This document shows positions 1 through 10,780 of a DNA stretch of 64,000 bases, piece after piece. The DNA is taken from contig NC_059439.1 of NCBI RefSeq assembly GCF_021028975.2, forward strand, positions 21,762,001-21,826,000. The letters run 5' to 3'. The translations under genes and the position numbers were made by a program. The stretch is from Sphaerodactylus townsendi (Eukaryota). Every line of letters starts with the position of its first letter. Position 1 is the stretch's first letter. The notes beneath the pieces are model-generated. The model had not been told where the DNA came from, did no database searches, and saw only the letters and a list, made by a program, of their open reading frames with translations.

Positions 1-904
1 TGTCTTATTTATTGTTACGTCTGTCCCATTGCTATTAAAAGGAGGAAGTGGTTTGGCATCCTGAGAAAGCCCAGGAGTTTGTAAAGCCCAGAACCTGACA
101 AATGTTGTGTGAGCATAAAGAACCATCGAGTGGGGAGGGGAAGGAGTTGTAAGCCGCTTTGACGTTCCTTACAGCAGAGAAAAGTAGGGTACAAATCTCT
201 TCTTCCTCAGTACGGATGAAAATCTCCATATCAGGCATGCATACACTTTCAAGAGGGTGCAGGAAAAGTCCAGACTCTATCAGATAACATGGGAGACTGA
301 TTATAGGATATTAAGGGGAAAATACTTCACTGTTAAGGGATCTAACAGCTTGCAACAGACTAGCCCTTCCTTAGATCAGGTTCCTTTTCCTTTTGCCCAC
401 TAATTGCAACCCTTTGGGGGAAAGACAACTGTTTTGCCAGGGATCTTTCTGCACTGGGCATGTCAGTTCTGTCCCCCAGCCGAGGACAGATATGCCCTGA
501 CCTTTCCTTATGCCTTGGCAGTCTACGCCTAGCTGCAGCAGGTCCTTTGCCAATGGGGACATGTTGATTTACAGCATAGAAATCTGCCTTTGGGGAAGGG
601 CTTGGATGAGCTAGAAACAGGCAGATGGGTATCTCACTGTTTGTTATACCCTGGCTTTGGGTTTCCATGGAGAGGCACTCACTGAAATGGTTTGGAGTGT
701 TTGAAGAAGAATAAGGAAAGGGAGCACTGGCTCTGATATCCTCCCGAGGACATGGTTTACAAGCCCCTTTGGCACTGCACTAAAGAAGTATCCTGGGAAG
801 AATGTCTCCCCTGGGATACTCCCAGCAATCCAGTGAAGAGAACTACAGTCAGCTACATGAATCTTGTAAATCTACTGGAACAGGCCAGCCTTACCTTGAA
901 CTAA

Positions 905-1055
905 GCCCCCTTCCGCACATGCAGAATAATGCACTGTCAATCCACTTTCAATGCCCTTTGCAGCTGGTTTTTATTGTGCGGAAGAGCAAAACCCACTTGC
1001 AAACAATGGTGAAAGTGGATTGAAAGTGCATTATTCTGCAGGTGCAGGAGGGGCC
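905..1055. mobile_element. PIF/Harbinger-type MITE (~150 bp)
   Basis: Imperfect palindrome with GCCCCTTCCGCACATGCA-type TIRs; same family as 2427, 2576, 5082, 37212. Confidence 0.75.
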
Positions 1056-1059
1056 CTTG

Positions 1060-1252
1060 TGAGGGAGATGGGGCTGAGAGAGTTCTGAGAGAACTGAAAC
1101 TAGCCCAGGATCACCCTGCAGGATTCATGTGTAGTAGCGGGAAAACCCAGTTCTCCAGATAAGAGCCCGCCGCTCATGCGGAGGAATGGGGAATCACACC
1201 CAGTTCTCCAGATTAGAATCCACCGTACTTAACCACTACACCATACTGGCTC
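1060..1252 (-). mobile_element. tRNA-headed MIR/Ther1-derived SINE (Squam3-like), partial
   Basis: Reverse complement of head ccagtatggtgtagtggttaag...tctaatctggagaactgggt. Confidence 0.7.
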
Positions 1253-2426
1253 TCACTACCATATTAAAGATTGTATGGATGAAACCAGGGATTGGTAGTT
1301 ATTAACACCAGCATATTGTGTTAGAGTAACACCAGCATATTGTATTAGAGGAATGAACCTCTCAAGTAACATATTTTTAAATTGTGAAATACGTATCTTG
1401 GCCTTTGGCAACAGAATTTGGATGAAAAGGGATAGTGTTTCTTTCTTCCTTTTATTTATTTATTTATTTATTTATTTTAACCTTTAATAGGCATAAATAG
1501 ATCAAGATTTACACAGACACATTCTTCAGTCTCAAGTATAGTTCAGCAGCAAGAAAACAGATCACATAACCTGACGGTTGACCCCAAGGGGCTCAAATCA
1601 CTTCAGATTCCTTTTAAAAAAAAGAAACAGCCAGAGCAAACAACAACAAATACCCCTACACATCAATGCAAAAATACAATCCAATATAAAATTGCAATAA
1701 AAATAGATCTGTTTAGCAAGTTAAAAGCAAAATGATACAGCAATAGGTATCCTACCATGCAGATTAGACAGATTGGAGACGATACCTATCTTTTATAGGA
1801 AGTTCTACGTTTGTTTTATGTATCATATTTTATATTTAAAAATTTGATTCTGTGCCAAATAATAAAAAACCAATTTGGTTTCTTTCTTCCTGCCACACCA
1901 TACAGTTGCACCTAACCCTAGCCCAGATGTTTTGGGGGTAATAATCTAGATCCATGAGAACTAGAAGCTTAGCCATTGTTAACCTTCTCACAACTGGCTT
2001 CAAAGGGAAAAGACTGTGGCCCTTTCCACATGGGGACACTTTGCCGTGGTTTCCCCCCCCTTGTTGCTGTGGTTGCTGATGCAATGCAGCTTTGCACAAA
2101 TTGCACATGGGGGTTTCCCCACATTTTTAATGGCACAGTCTCTGTGACAGCTATATCACCCTCCACAGTGGGAGACTTTTCATGATCTTTTTAAAAATAG
2201 TAATTGACATTTTGATATTATTACATTGTTATAGAATGACAACAATTTTATTCCTCCCCAGTCACTCACACACTGAAATTAGCTCCAGAAAGGAGTCCGG
2301 CTTCCATTTCTATTTGTGCATTACCTGCTCAGTGTGGCTATCTACAAATAAACAGGAATTACAGATTACAATTCAAGTCTTCAGTACTTGGCCTTTTGAC
2401 AGGGGAAAAAACCCACATCTCTCTGA

Positions 2427-2726
2427 GGTCCCTTCCACACATGCAGAATAATGCACTTTCAATCCACTTTCAATGCACTTTGCAATTCAGTTTTACTGTG
2501 TGAAATAGCAAATCCACTGTCTGTCCATCTAATTGTGAAAGTGGATTGAAAGTGCATTATTTTGCATGTGTGGAAGGCTCATTCCGCACATGCAGAATAA
2601 TGCACTTTCAAACTGCTTTCAGTGCTCTTTGAAGCAGTGCGGAATAGCAAATTCCACTTACAAACAGTTGTGAAAGTGGTTTGAAAACGCATTATTTTGC
2701 CTGTGCGGAAGGGGCCGAAGGGAACT
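2427..2726. mobile_element. Two nested Harbinger MITEs (2576-2716 inserted in the right TIR of the 2427 copy)
   Basis: Inner copy GGCTCATTCCGCAC...GTGCGGAAGGGGCC flanked by GAA/GAA 3-bp duplication; the outer TIR resumes after it. Confidence 0.7.
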
Positions 2727-3056
2727 AAAGCAAAGAAAGCTCTACTCCTGTAGGGAAATAAGTGGCATTGAAACAAGTTTCAAATAAAGAATTAGGTTCT
2801 CTGGTGCAAGTTGTGAGATGAAGTAGGTACAATGTGCTACTGCCTTGGCCACATATGAAACGATGAGGCTGCAGAGAAGTACTGTAGTCTTTCTCTGGCC
2901 TTTTGTGCACTTACTGGTTTTGCCGTGTCTGTATGCAGGGCAAGTCTCCTTCTGCGAAGCATCCCCTGCCACACCTATCTGATCTGCCATTTTGCCCGCC
3001 TGCTGACTTCCTTTTCATTTCCGTGCAGCCTCCCTCCATCTACTCTGTCTGTCTAG

Positions 3057-3180
3057 TGATGCCGGCTTGGGTCTACCAATAACGCAATAGATCATGTCCA
3101 TATCAATTTCATGCGTTGCCAGCTTGGGTCTACCAATAACGCAATAGATCATGTCTGTGCATGTCAATTTCATGGGTCTA
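3057..3180. repeat. ~57-bp tandem duplication
   Basis: gcttgggtctaccaataacgcaatagatcatgtc present twice. Confidence 0.8.
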
Positions 3181-3549
3181 TTACTCCACCAATAGATCTG
3201 CAGCATGAAAATATGCTAAAAAAACAAACAAACTCAGCCCTTTCGATTCAGTTTGCAAAAGCTGTTGTATGAGCAGGACAAGACTGGGAGCAGCAGTAAA
3301 ACCCAAAGGAAACAGCACACACTCTAATTCCCTTTTTCTTCCCTGCAACGAGGCCAGCATGAATGCATAATCAAGAATCCAACCCAAAGGGACGGTGCAC
3401 TTAATGCAAGGTAGACCACCAGTGCATAGAAAGCCGCTGTCTCTTAAGCCTTCTCCTGCCAAGAAATTAGCTCCTGGTGCCTTGAGCAAGAAGAAGAAAA
3501 CAGCAGGAATCCTTCTTTCCAGGAACATCTGGGGCAGATATGCCAGAGC

Positions 3550-3745
3550 ATAAGAGCAGCTGGGCAGGCAGCAGTAAAAATAACCCTGATAACTGGCTGC
3601 TAATCCTGCCCTCTGGAACGGCTGGGACTCCAGAGGCCTGACCTTTTGGGGCGGAGGGATGAGATGAGAGGGGTGGTTTGGCAGGCTTCCCTCCGCATGT
3701 GGCCAGACTGAACCAGATGGGACGCGGTTGCTATAAAAGGCTCCA
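3550..3745 (+). promoter_or_regulatory. TATA promoter of the SBK-like kinase with muscle-type motifs
   Basis: TATAAAA 3732-3738; E-box CAGCTG 3557-3562; MEF2-like GTAAAAATAA 3574-3583; TGATAA 3587-3592; TAATCC 3601-3606; splice donor at 3894 downstream. Confidence 0.6.
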
Positions 3746-3883
3746 CGGGGACCTACATGTGGCAGGTACCAGGCAGGCAGGCAGGACTGAGGACCTGGGG
3801 AGAGAATCGCAGAGTGAATTGTCAGGATACCTCTTCCCCATTGTCAGGATACCTCTCTAGAGGGACGTGAGGGCTTCATCTCC

Positions 3884-6800
3884 ATGCTGACAGGTGAGCA
3901 ACTGTCTCAGGCAAGAGATGTTTGCACATCCTGCGTCTATACCTGGAATGCCAGACCAGTGTGGTATAATAGCTCCAGTGTGATTTTAGGATATGGGAGA
4001 GTCAGGATCAATTCCCTACTCTGCTACGGAAGCTCACTGGGTGACTTCGGGACTATCAGTGTCTGTCAGTCTAACCTACCCCACAGGGTTGTTGTGAAGT
4101 TGAAGGAGGGAAGGGAGAACTATGTGTACCGCCCCGACCTAGGAGGAAGGTTGGGGTAAAAAATGGGCTCCATAGATAAAATAAGTAAGCTAGCAGGTTA
4201 GAAAGTGGTTTTGGCTTTATGCGGAACTCTTGGCTTATGTCTTGTATCAATTGCATTTGCTTTAAAAAATGTCTGCAATGGCAAATTTTTGCACTTTGGG
4301 AAACATCTTAAAATTACCCACAGGGTTTGAGGTTTTTTTTTTTTTTTAAAAAAAGGTCTTCTTGATGTATTGTCGAAGGCTTTCACGGTCGGACTCAACT
4401 GTTTGTTGTGGGTTTTCCGGACTGTGTGGCTGTGGTCTGGTAGATCTTGTTCCTAACGTTTCACACTGGATACACTTCTCTCTGTGATACACCTCTGAAG
4501 ATGCCAGCCACAGACGCAGGCGAAACGTTAGGAACAAGATCTACCAGACCCCGGCCACGCAGCACAGAAAGCCCACAACAACAAGACAAGATCTGCTTGG
4601 GTAGATCCTGTAACCTTCCTGCTTCCAGATTATAAATGAGCATTGCTTTTGATTGTTCTATGAAGGAATGGCACTCTGCACATGATCAGAGCCCTCCGTT
4701 GGCTCTTACTGAACACTTACCAAGTCTGAGCCCCACCCATCTGACCTTGAATTCAGCGTTCTGCGCCTTGTGTCTCGAGCCACCAAATCGAGGCAAATGG
4801 TCCACAGCATCTGGTCCACAGTCCAATCCCTGTGCCATCTACTCACACGCTGGTGTAGTCATTTCTGATGCTATCTCGAAGGGAATATTTTCTCTCACAT
4901 GGGAATTCATGCTGTTTGGAGCTGTGAGAAGGACAGAGGATATTCCGATATAGATCTATAGCTTGTTTACAATCTTCTTTGGAGGCTTTCTCCATGTACT
5001 GGGGTTGAGGCAAGTTGTGTCTGGAAACAGTGAGACAGCCTAGTTCCCCTGGCATCACCTTTGTTCAACTAGGGTGTCCTAGCCCCCTTCCGCACATGCA
5101 AAATAATGTGTTTTCAAACCACTTTCACAACTGTTTGAAAGTGGATTTTGCTGTTCCGCACAGCTTCCAAGAGCACTGAAAGCAGTTTGAAAGTGCATTA
5201 TTCTACATGTGCGGAATGAGCCATAGTGTCTAAAGTACTGGACTTGGTGCTGAGAAATCTGGAAACACACTCCACCACCATGAAGCTCATTGGGAGATCT
5301 CAGGCCGACAGTCAGCCTAAGCTGCCTCACATTGTACGGATAAAATGGGGAAGGGGGAAATCATGTACCCCCCCCCCCCCCGAGCTCTTTTTAGCAAGAG
5401 AAGGATAAAGCCGTGATTTGCAAATAAATGTTTATACATACGTTTTGCTGGAAGGCAGCATACCACTGAAATCCTTACTTAATTTACTTATTTTGTTTGG
5501 ACATTTGGAACAAGTGGGTGGCAAACGGCTCTTTCATCAACAGCCCTCTTTCATCACCCCCCCCCCCCCACACACACACACACACCGCTGCCAACTATCT
5601 TCTTTTTCTCTCTGGGCAGCCATGAAGCTAGTCCCTGGTGACATCGCAAAACGGCTGGAGGAGATGGTGCTGTTGACGGCTCAGAATCTGCCCCAGGTGG
5701 AAGTGGCCAGTAGTTACACCATCCTTCGGGAACTGGGCAGCGGCTCTTACGGACACGTCCTGATGGCAGTCCACCAGTGCCGAGGTGAGTAAGGAGCCAG
5801 GAGGAGGGAAAAGGCTGGGGTGGAGCAGGAAGACCATTCAAGCCAGCGTGGTGTAGTGGTTAAGAGCAGGTGGATTCTAATCTGGAGAACCGAGTTTGAT
5901 TCCTCACTCCTACACATGAGTAGCAGAGGCTTATCTGGTGAACCATATTGTGTTTCTGCACTCCTACATTCCTGCTGGGTGACCTGTCCTCCCAGGAGCT
6001 CGGGATGGTGTGTGGCATTTCCTCTTCCCCATTTTATTTTCACCACAACCGCAATAAGAGTGAATGATTACTACTTCCATGGGCCATGGTGGGGATCTGA
6101 ACTTGAGTCTTTAAGATCCTAGTGCTCCAACCACTACATATACTACCACATCTGTTAACTGGGGAAACCATTTCCATCTGTTAAAGTAGTTTTATATGGT
6201 TTTCCTATGTCAAATTGTGGGTGTGGGTGGACCTAGTGACTGTAATCCAAGCTTTGGGAGTACCCAACCTTTTACCCGCTTCTGTCTTGCAGGGACCCCC
6301 ATGGCATTGAAATTTGTGCATAAAAAAGACACGGAGCTGCAAGATTTCCTGAGTGAATACTGCATTGCACTGACCCTGGGGGCTCACCCATGCATTGCCA
6401 TGGCCCTCGGCATCGCCTTCCAGACCCCACAGCACTATGTTTTTGCACAGGAGCTGGCCTTGGCCAATGACCTCTTCTCACTCATGGTGCCACAGGTAAT
6501 GAAAGCCAAGGAGCCAGAGCTCCAACACATATTCAATTGATGGTGGGTTAGCAACTAGCAGCCCCTGGGGGAATTGTTCCTATAGCATCATAGAGCTGGA
6601 AGAGACTACAAGGACCATCCAATCCAAACCCCTGCCATAAAGAAGCACATGATCAAAGCACTCCTGACACATGGCCATTCTATGAAAGGTCTCAGACTTG
6701 TGATAAAATGTGAAAGTCATGCAATCCATTCTGAATTCCTTCAATATAAATATAATAGATAGACATTTCCTACTAGATCAGATGNNNNNNNNNNNNNNNN

Positions 6801-8287
6801 NNNNNNNNNNNNNNNNNNNNNNNNNNNNNNNNNNNNNNNNNNNNNNNNNNNNNNNNNNNNNNNNNNNNNNNNNNNNNNNNNNNNNNNNNNNNNNNNNNNN
6901 NNNNNNNNNNNNNNNNNNNNNNNNNNNNNNNNNNNNNNNNNNNNNNNNNNNNNNNNNNNNNNNNNNNAATAAGACAGTGTCTTATATTAATTTTTGCTCC
7001 CAGAGATGCACTATGTCTTATTTTCAGGGGATGTCTTATTTTTTCTGTGTTCTGTTCGGGTGGCATGCTTCCAAACCAAAACTTTGCTATGTCTTATTTT
7101 CAGGGGATGTCTTANNNNNNNNNNNNNNNNNNNNNNNNNNNNNNNNNNNNNNNNNNNNNNNNNNNNNNNNNNNNNNNNNNNNNNNNNNNNNNNNNNNNNN
7201 NNNNNNNNNNNNNNNNNNNNNNNNNNNNNNNNNNNNNNNNNNNNNNNNNNNNNNNNNNNNNNNNNNNNNNNNNNNNNNNNNNNNNNNNNNNNNNNNNNNN
7301 NNNAATAAGACAGTGTCTTATATTAATTTTTGCTCCCAGAGATGCACTATGTCTTATTTTCAGGGGATGTCTTATTTTTTCTGTGTTCTGTTCGGGTGGC
7401 ATGCTTCCAAATCAAAACTTTGCTATGTCTTATTTTCAGGGGATGTCTTANNNNNNNNNNNNNNNNNNNNNNNNNNNNNNNNNNNNNNNNNNNNNNNNNN
7501 NNNNNNNNNNNNNNNNNNNNNNNNNNNNNNNNNNNNNNNNNNNNNNNNNNNNNNNNNNNNNNNNNNNNNNNNNNNNNNNNNNNNNNNNNNNNNNNNNNNN
7601 NNNNNNNNNNNNNNNNNNNNNNNNNNNNNNNNNNNNNNNNNNNNNNNNNNNNNNNNAATATGTTTTTTATCCCCCCCCCCCCGCCCCCAGGTTGGTGTGC
7701 CTGAGCGGCGGGTGAAACGCTGTGCTCTTCAGCTGGCAAGTGCCTTGGAGTACATGGAGACCAAGGGGTTGGTCCACCGTGATGTCAAGCCAGAGAATGT
7801 GCTGTTGTGTGATCCCGAGTGTCGTCGCATCAAGCTGACTGACTTTGGGCTGAGCTGCCCACAGGGCCACCCCATAGAGGCTTTGCCGGAGAGTTTGCCC
7901 TACACCGCCCCTGAGTTGTGCGTCCTGGGCCCCGAGGCTCGTCTGGAGGCCAAGCCCAGCCTTGACACGTGGGCCCTGGGGGTGCTTCTGTTCTGCGTGC
8001 TCACAGGCTACTTCCCCTGGCTCACTGCCGTGCCTGCTGACCGGCACTACCGCAGTTTTGCCTGCTGGCACCGCAGCCCTCGCTTTTCCCCACGGCCACC
8101 CCACTGGGAGTGTTTCACACCTGTGGCACTGGAGATGCTGAAGGGGCTGTTGATGCCCAACCCCGCGCACCGTAGCCCGGCCAAGGAGGTAATGAATTAC
8201 ATCAAAGCTCCTTGGTTGTTGCCAGAGACCCCAAGCCGGCCCAGGCTCAGCAGGGACCACCTTTTGGGCACCAGTCGGCGGTGCTGA
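3884..8287 (+). CDS. SBK-family (SBK2/SBK1-like) serine/threonine kinase, ~324 aa; coding exons 3884-3893, 5620-5784, 6293-6495, 7691-8287
   Basis: GT-AG joins keep frame (10+165+203+597=975 nt). Motifs GSGSYG, ALK, alphaC Glu (FLSEY), HRDVKPEN, DFG, YTAPE, DTWALG. N-terminal LEEMVLLTAQNL and CDPECRRIKLTDFG resemble SBK2. Start could instead be ATG 5622. Confidence 0.9.
4366..4582. mobile_element. Penelope-like element fragment with inverted terminal segment
   Basis: tgtattgtcgaaggctttcacgg end plus inverted copy; same family at 25412, 48830 and 53408. Confidence 0.8.
4492..4532 (+). ncRNA. Minimal type I hammerhead ribozyme motif (Penelope-associated)
   Basis: CCT-CTGAAGA-(stem II GCC..GGC)-GAAA-CG-TT-AGG; stem I CCT/AGG; palindromic stem III. 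Confidence 0.65.
5082..5222. mobile_element. PIF/Harbinger-type MITE
   Basis: GCCCCCTTCCGCACATGCA...ATGTGCGGAATGAGCC. Confidence 0.8.
5620..5784 (+). CDS. SBK-like kinase exon 2 (glycine-rich loop)
   Basis: Polypyrimidine tract + CAG acceptor ending 5619; GTGAGT donor at 5785; MKLVPG...LGSGSYGHVLMAVHQCR. Confidence 0.9.
5842..5985 (+). mobile_element. Squam3-like SINE, 5' part
   Basis: gccagcgtggtgtagtggttaagagc (A box)...gagtttgattcc (B box). Confidence 0.75.
6293..6495 (+). CDS. SBK-like kinase exon 3 (catalytic Lys, alphaC)
   Basis: ttgcAG acceptor; GTAATG donor at 6496; GTPMALKFVHKK...FAQELALANDLFSLMVPQ. Confidence 0.9.
6785..7656. repeat. Three N gaps separating two near-identical 147-bp copies of a DNA-transposon-like repeat
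   Basis: 6968-7114 and 7304-7450 differ by one base; internal gtcttattttcaggggatgtctta repeats. Confidence 0.8.
7691..8287 (+). CDS. SBK-like kinase terminal exon (HRD, DFG, APE)
   Basis: cccCAG acceptor ending 7690; VHRDVKPEN, TDFG, YTAPE; TGA 8285-8287. Confidence 0.92.
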   Translation, partial: VGVPERRVKRCALQLASALEYMETKGLVHRDVKPENVLLCDPECRRIKLTDFGLSCPQGHPIEALPESLPYTAPELCVLGPEARLEAKPSLDTWALGVLLFCVLTGYFPWLTAVPADRHYRSFACWHRSPRFSPRPPHWECFTPVALEMLKGLLMPNPAHRSPAKEVMNYIKAPWLLPETPSRPRLSRDHLLGTSRRC

Positions 8288-9110
8288 GAGACAAGGCCAA
8301 ATGGACAGAGAAGGGAAAGGTTGGCAATTATTTCTTTGCTGTAATCACTGAGGGACCAAAGAGACCCATCACCAAATTGGACACCTCCTCCACCCTGGCA
8401 ATGAAGAGGCACCCTCAATCCAGCCTTGAAAACAAAGAAAAGGCTATGTCATCCTCAGAAAGCTATGCAAACTGCCAGAAGGACAGGAAAGGAGAAACGG
8501 GCTCCGTGGACCATTCTCTCCGATGTGACTTCGTCTTATCAGGACAGCCTCCCCATCGACCCAATTCCTCATCCTAAGTCTGTCAGAGATTCTAGATTTC
8601 AGCCTCTCCTTGGTCAGCAGATGACTATATTATCCTTGAAAAAAAAACCTAATGGAAAGGAATCAAGTGGGGCTGCATTTAGTGGACCCAAACACCTTGA
8701 CACTTCCTGCTGGGTCAGATGGACTGAATTTCCATCAACCTGCTTTCAGATGAACGGGATGGAAATGAATAGCTTTGCCTCTGCAACGACAGTCAGAATG
8801 ATTAAGCCTCTTCCACACTGCTGCATGAACCCATATCCACAGTCAGTCTTGCTTCAACTTTGGCCGTGGACACTGATGGGCATTCAAATGGCTCTGAACC
8901 TCAGCTGCCTTGGAATGCCACAAGACATTTTATCTCGAGTGAGAGAAGATGACTGCAAAAATGGTTTGCCTGGACTCAGAAGGGGTGTGTGTGTGGAGGG
9001 CTAACCGGGAGCAGTTTGGCTCGGACAGAGCTGCCGAGAGCTTTGGGATTGACGTCTCCGGAGCTCTAGCCCAGGCTGCCTGTATTACCTGCTCCATTTG
9101 TACATTTGTA

Positions 9111-9116
9111 AATAAA
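9111..9116 (+). terminator. Candidate polyadenylation signal of the kinase gene
   Basis: AATAAA ~820 nt after the stop, preceded by TGTA elements. Confidence 0.55.
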
Positions 9117-9266
9117 TAATTATTGTGAAATTAAAATTCTTATCAATCGCACACGCTCTCTGTCCTAAAGGAAAAAAGATCCTCTATTGCTAATACCACC
9201 ACCACCACCCCACACACACCAATTGAAGAAGAGTTTGGATCTAAACCCCACTGTCCTCAACCACTT

Positions 9267-9366
9267 GCAGAAGGGAAAGTGCAAAACATGTTTAAAATAT
9301 GAACATTGAAAACAGAATTGTTTTCAATGTTCATATTTTAAACATGTTTTGCACTTTCCCTTCTGC
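9267..9366. repeat. Perfect 48-bp inverted repeat with 4-nt loop
   Basis: 9267-9314 is the exact reverse complement of 9319-9366. Confidence 0.95.
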
Positions 9367-10282
9367 GTGCTCACAGGCTACTTCACAGGCTACTTCACAG
9401 GCTTGAAATCAGGTCTTTATTATCAGCTTCCTTCGAACAGCTCTTCCTTCCTTTAGTTGTCTCCTCCCAATCAGTTTCTCAAGAACAATTCACACGTTAT
9501 AAATTCTTTGTGTCCTCTAGGCAGGTTTCCATCAAACTCGAATAGAGAGTTCACCGCGGGGACCCTAACTCCCATGGGCCCATGATCCCACTTCCAAATG
9601 GGATACGGTGCGCAGAGAGAACGGTATCCCTTGAACCATTTATCCCACCTGAAACAGCTGCGCTTCTATCTGCCCAATTAGGAGCAGCCACGAGGATGTC
9701 TGAATTTTCTCCATAAGGCAAATATTGATTCCCTGGGATAGTTTCATGCCAGAAAATGCCATGGAAGGAGGGAAGGGTGAAGTCCCTTCACCCTGTTTGC
9801 TGCAGTTCCAATCCTATTTAGCCCAATGAGACTTGAAAATTGTGTTCCCAGCCAGAAAACCCAGGCACACTCCAGACAGAAAGCCCCTGGGGAAGCCCTG
9901 AGGACTTTAACATGTGTGAATTTGACCCCAAATCCCTCTCAATCATAGCATACAACTCTCTCTCTAAACCCAAAGTGAGGTCTTCCTAATAGCACTCTTG
10001 CTCTTCGTCCTACCTGGACCCAAGTCCTTGTTTCTCCATCCTGTTTCTCTGTCCCAAGTCATTTCCCCTTTTCTTTCAACCAGCCCGTTCTCGAGCCGTT
10101 ATCTCCATTGTGCTTCCTGAATCTCAAGAATCAGACACAAATGATCACAACTATCACTTCCCCCAACTTCTAAATACTAGCTTACTCCCTTTACAAAACC
10201 AAGCAAGCAGAAGAAGCCCTCAGATATGTAGGTTAGCTGAGTCGATATCCTGAGATTTCAATCTGCGACCCTGTCCCTGGTC

Positions 10283-10780
10283 TGATTGGCCCAGGCTACC
10301 CCGATCTTGTCAGCCCTTGAAAGGTCAATCGGGTCAGCCCTGATTAGAAGAAGAGTTTGGATTTATATTCCACTTTTCTCTCATGTAAAGAGACTCAAGG
10401 ACAATCTCCTTTCCCTTCCTCTCCCCACAACAGACACCTTGTGAGATAGGTGAGGCTGAGAGAGTCCTGAGAGAACTGTGACTAGCCCAAGGTCACCCAG
10501 CAGGAATGTAGGAGTGTGGGAACACATCTGGTTCACCAGATAAGCCTCTGCCATTCAGGTGGAGGAGTGGGGAATCAAACCTGGTTCTCCAGATTAGAAT
10601 CCACCTGCTCTTAACCGCTACATCACACTGGCTCTTAACTGCCTTAATTGGGAGACCACGAAGGAAAACCAGGGTTGCTACATGGAGGCAGGAAGTAAAA
10701 AATGACCTCTGTTCGCTTCTTGCCTTGAAAACGGTACTGGGTCACTATAAGTCGGCTGCAATATGAAGGGCACTTCCTAC
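10283..10780 (+). mobile_element. 5S rRNA-derived SINE interrupted by a Squam3-like SINE
   Basis: 5S-like ccccgatcttgtcag...gggtcagccctgattag, resuming as tgggagaccac after the insert. Confidence 0.55.
10346..10636 (-). mobile_element. Squam3-like SINE, full length
   Basis: (GAA)n-gagtttggattt tail and reverse tRNA head ...ctcttaaccgctacatcacactgg. Confidence 0.8.

Noticed and set aside
6710-7690. N-terminal part of the 525-aa ORF and other X-rich ORFs
   Set aside because: Read-through of N gaps and intronic repeat; the true exon begins at the 7691 acceptor.
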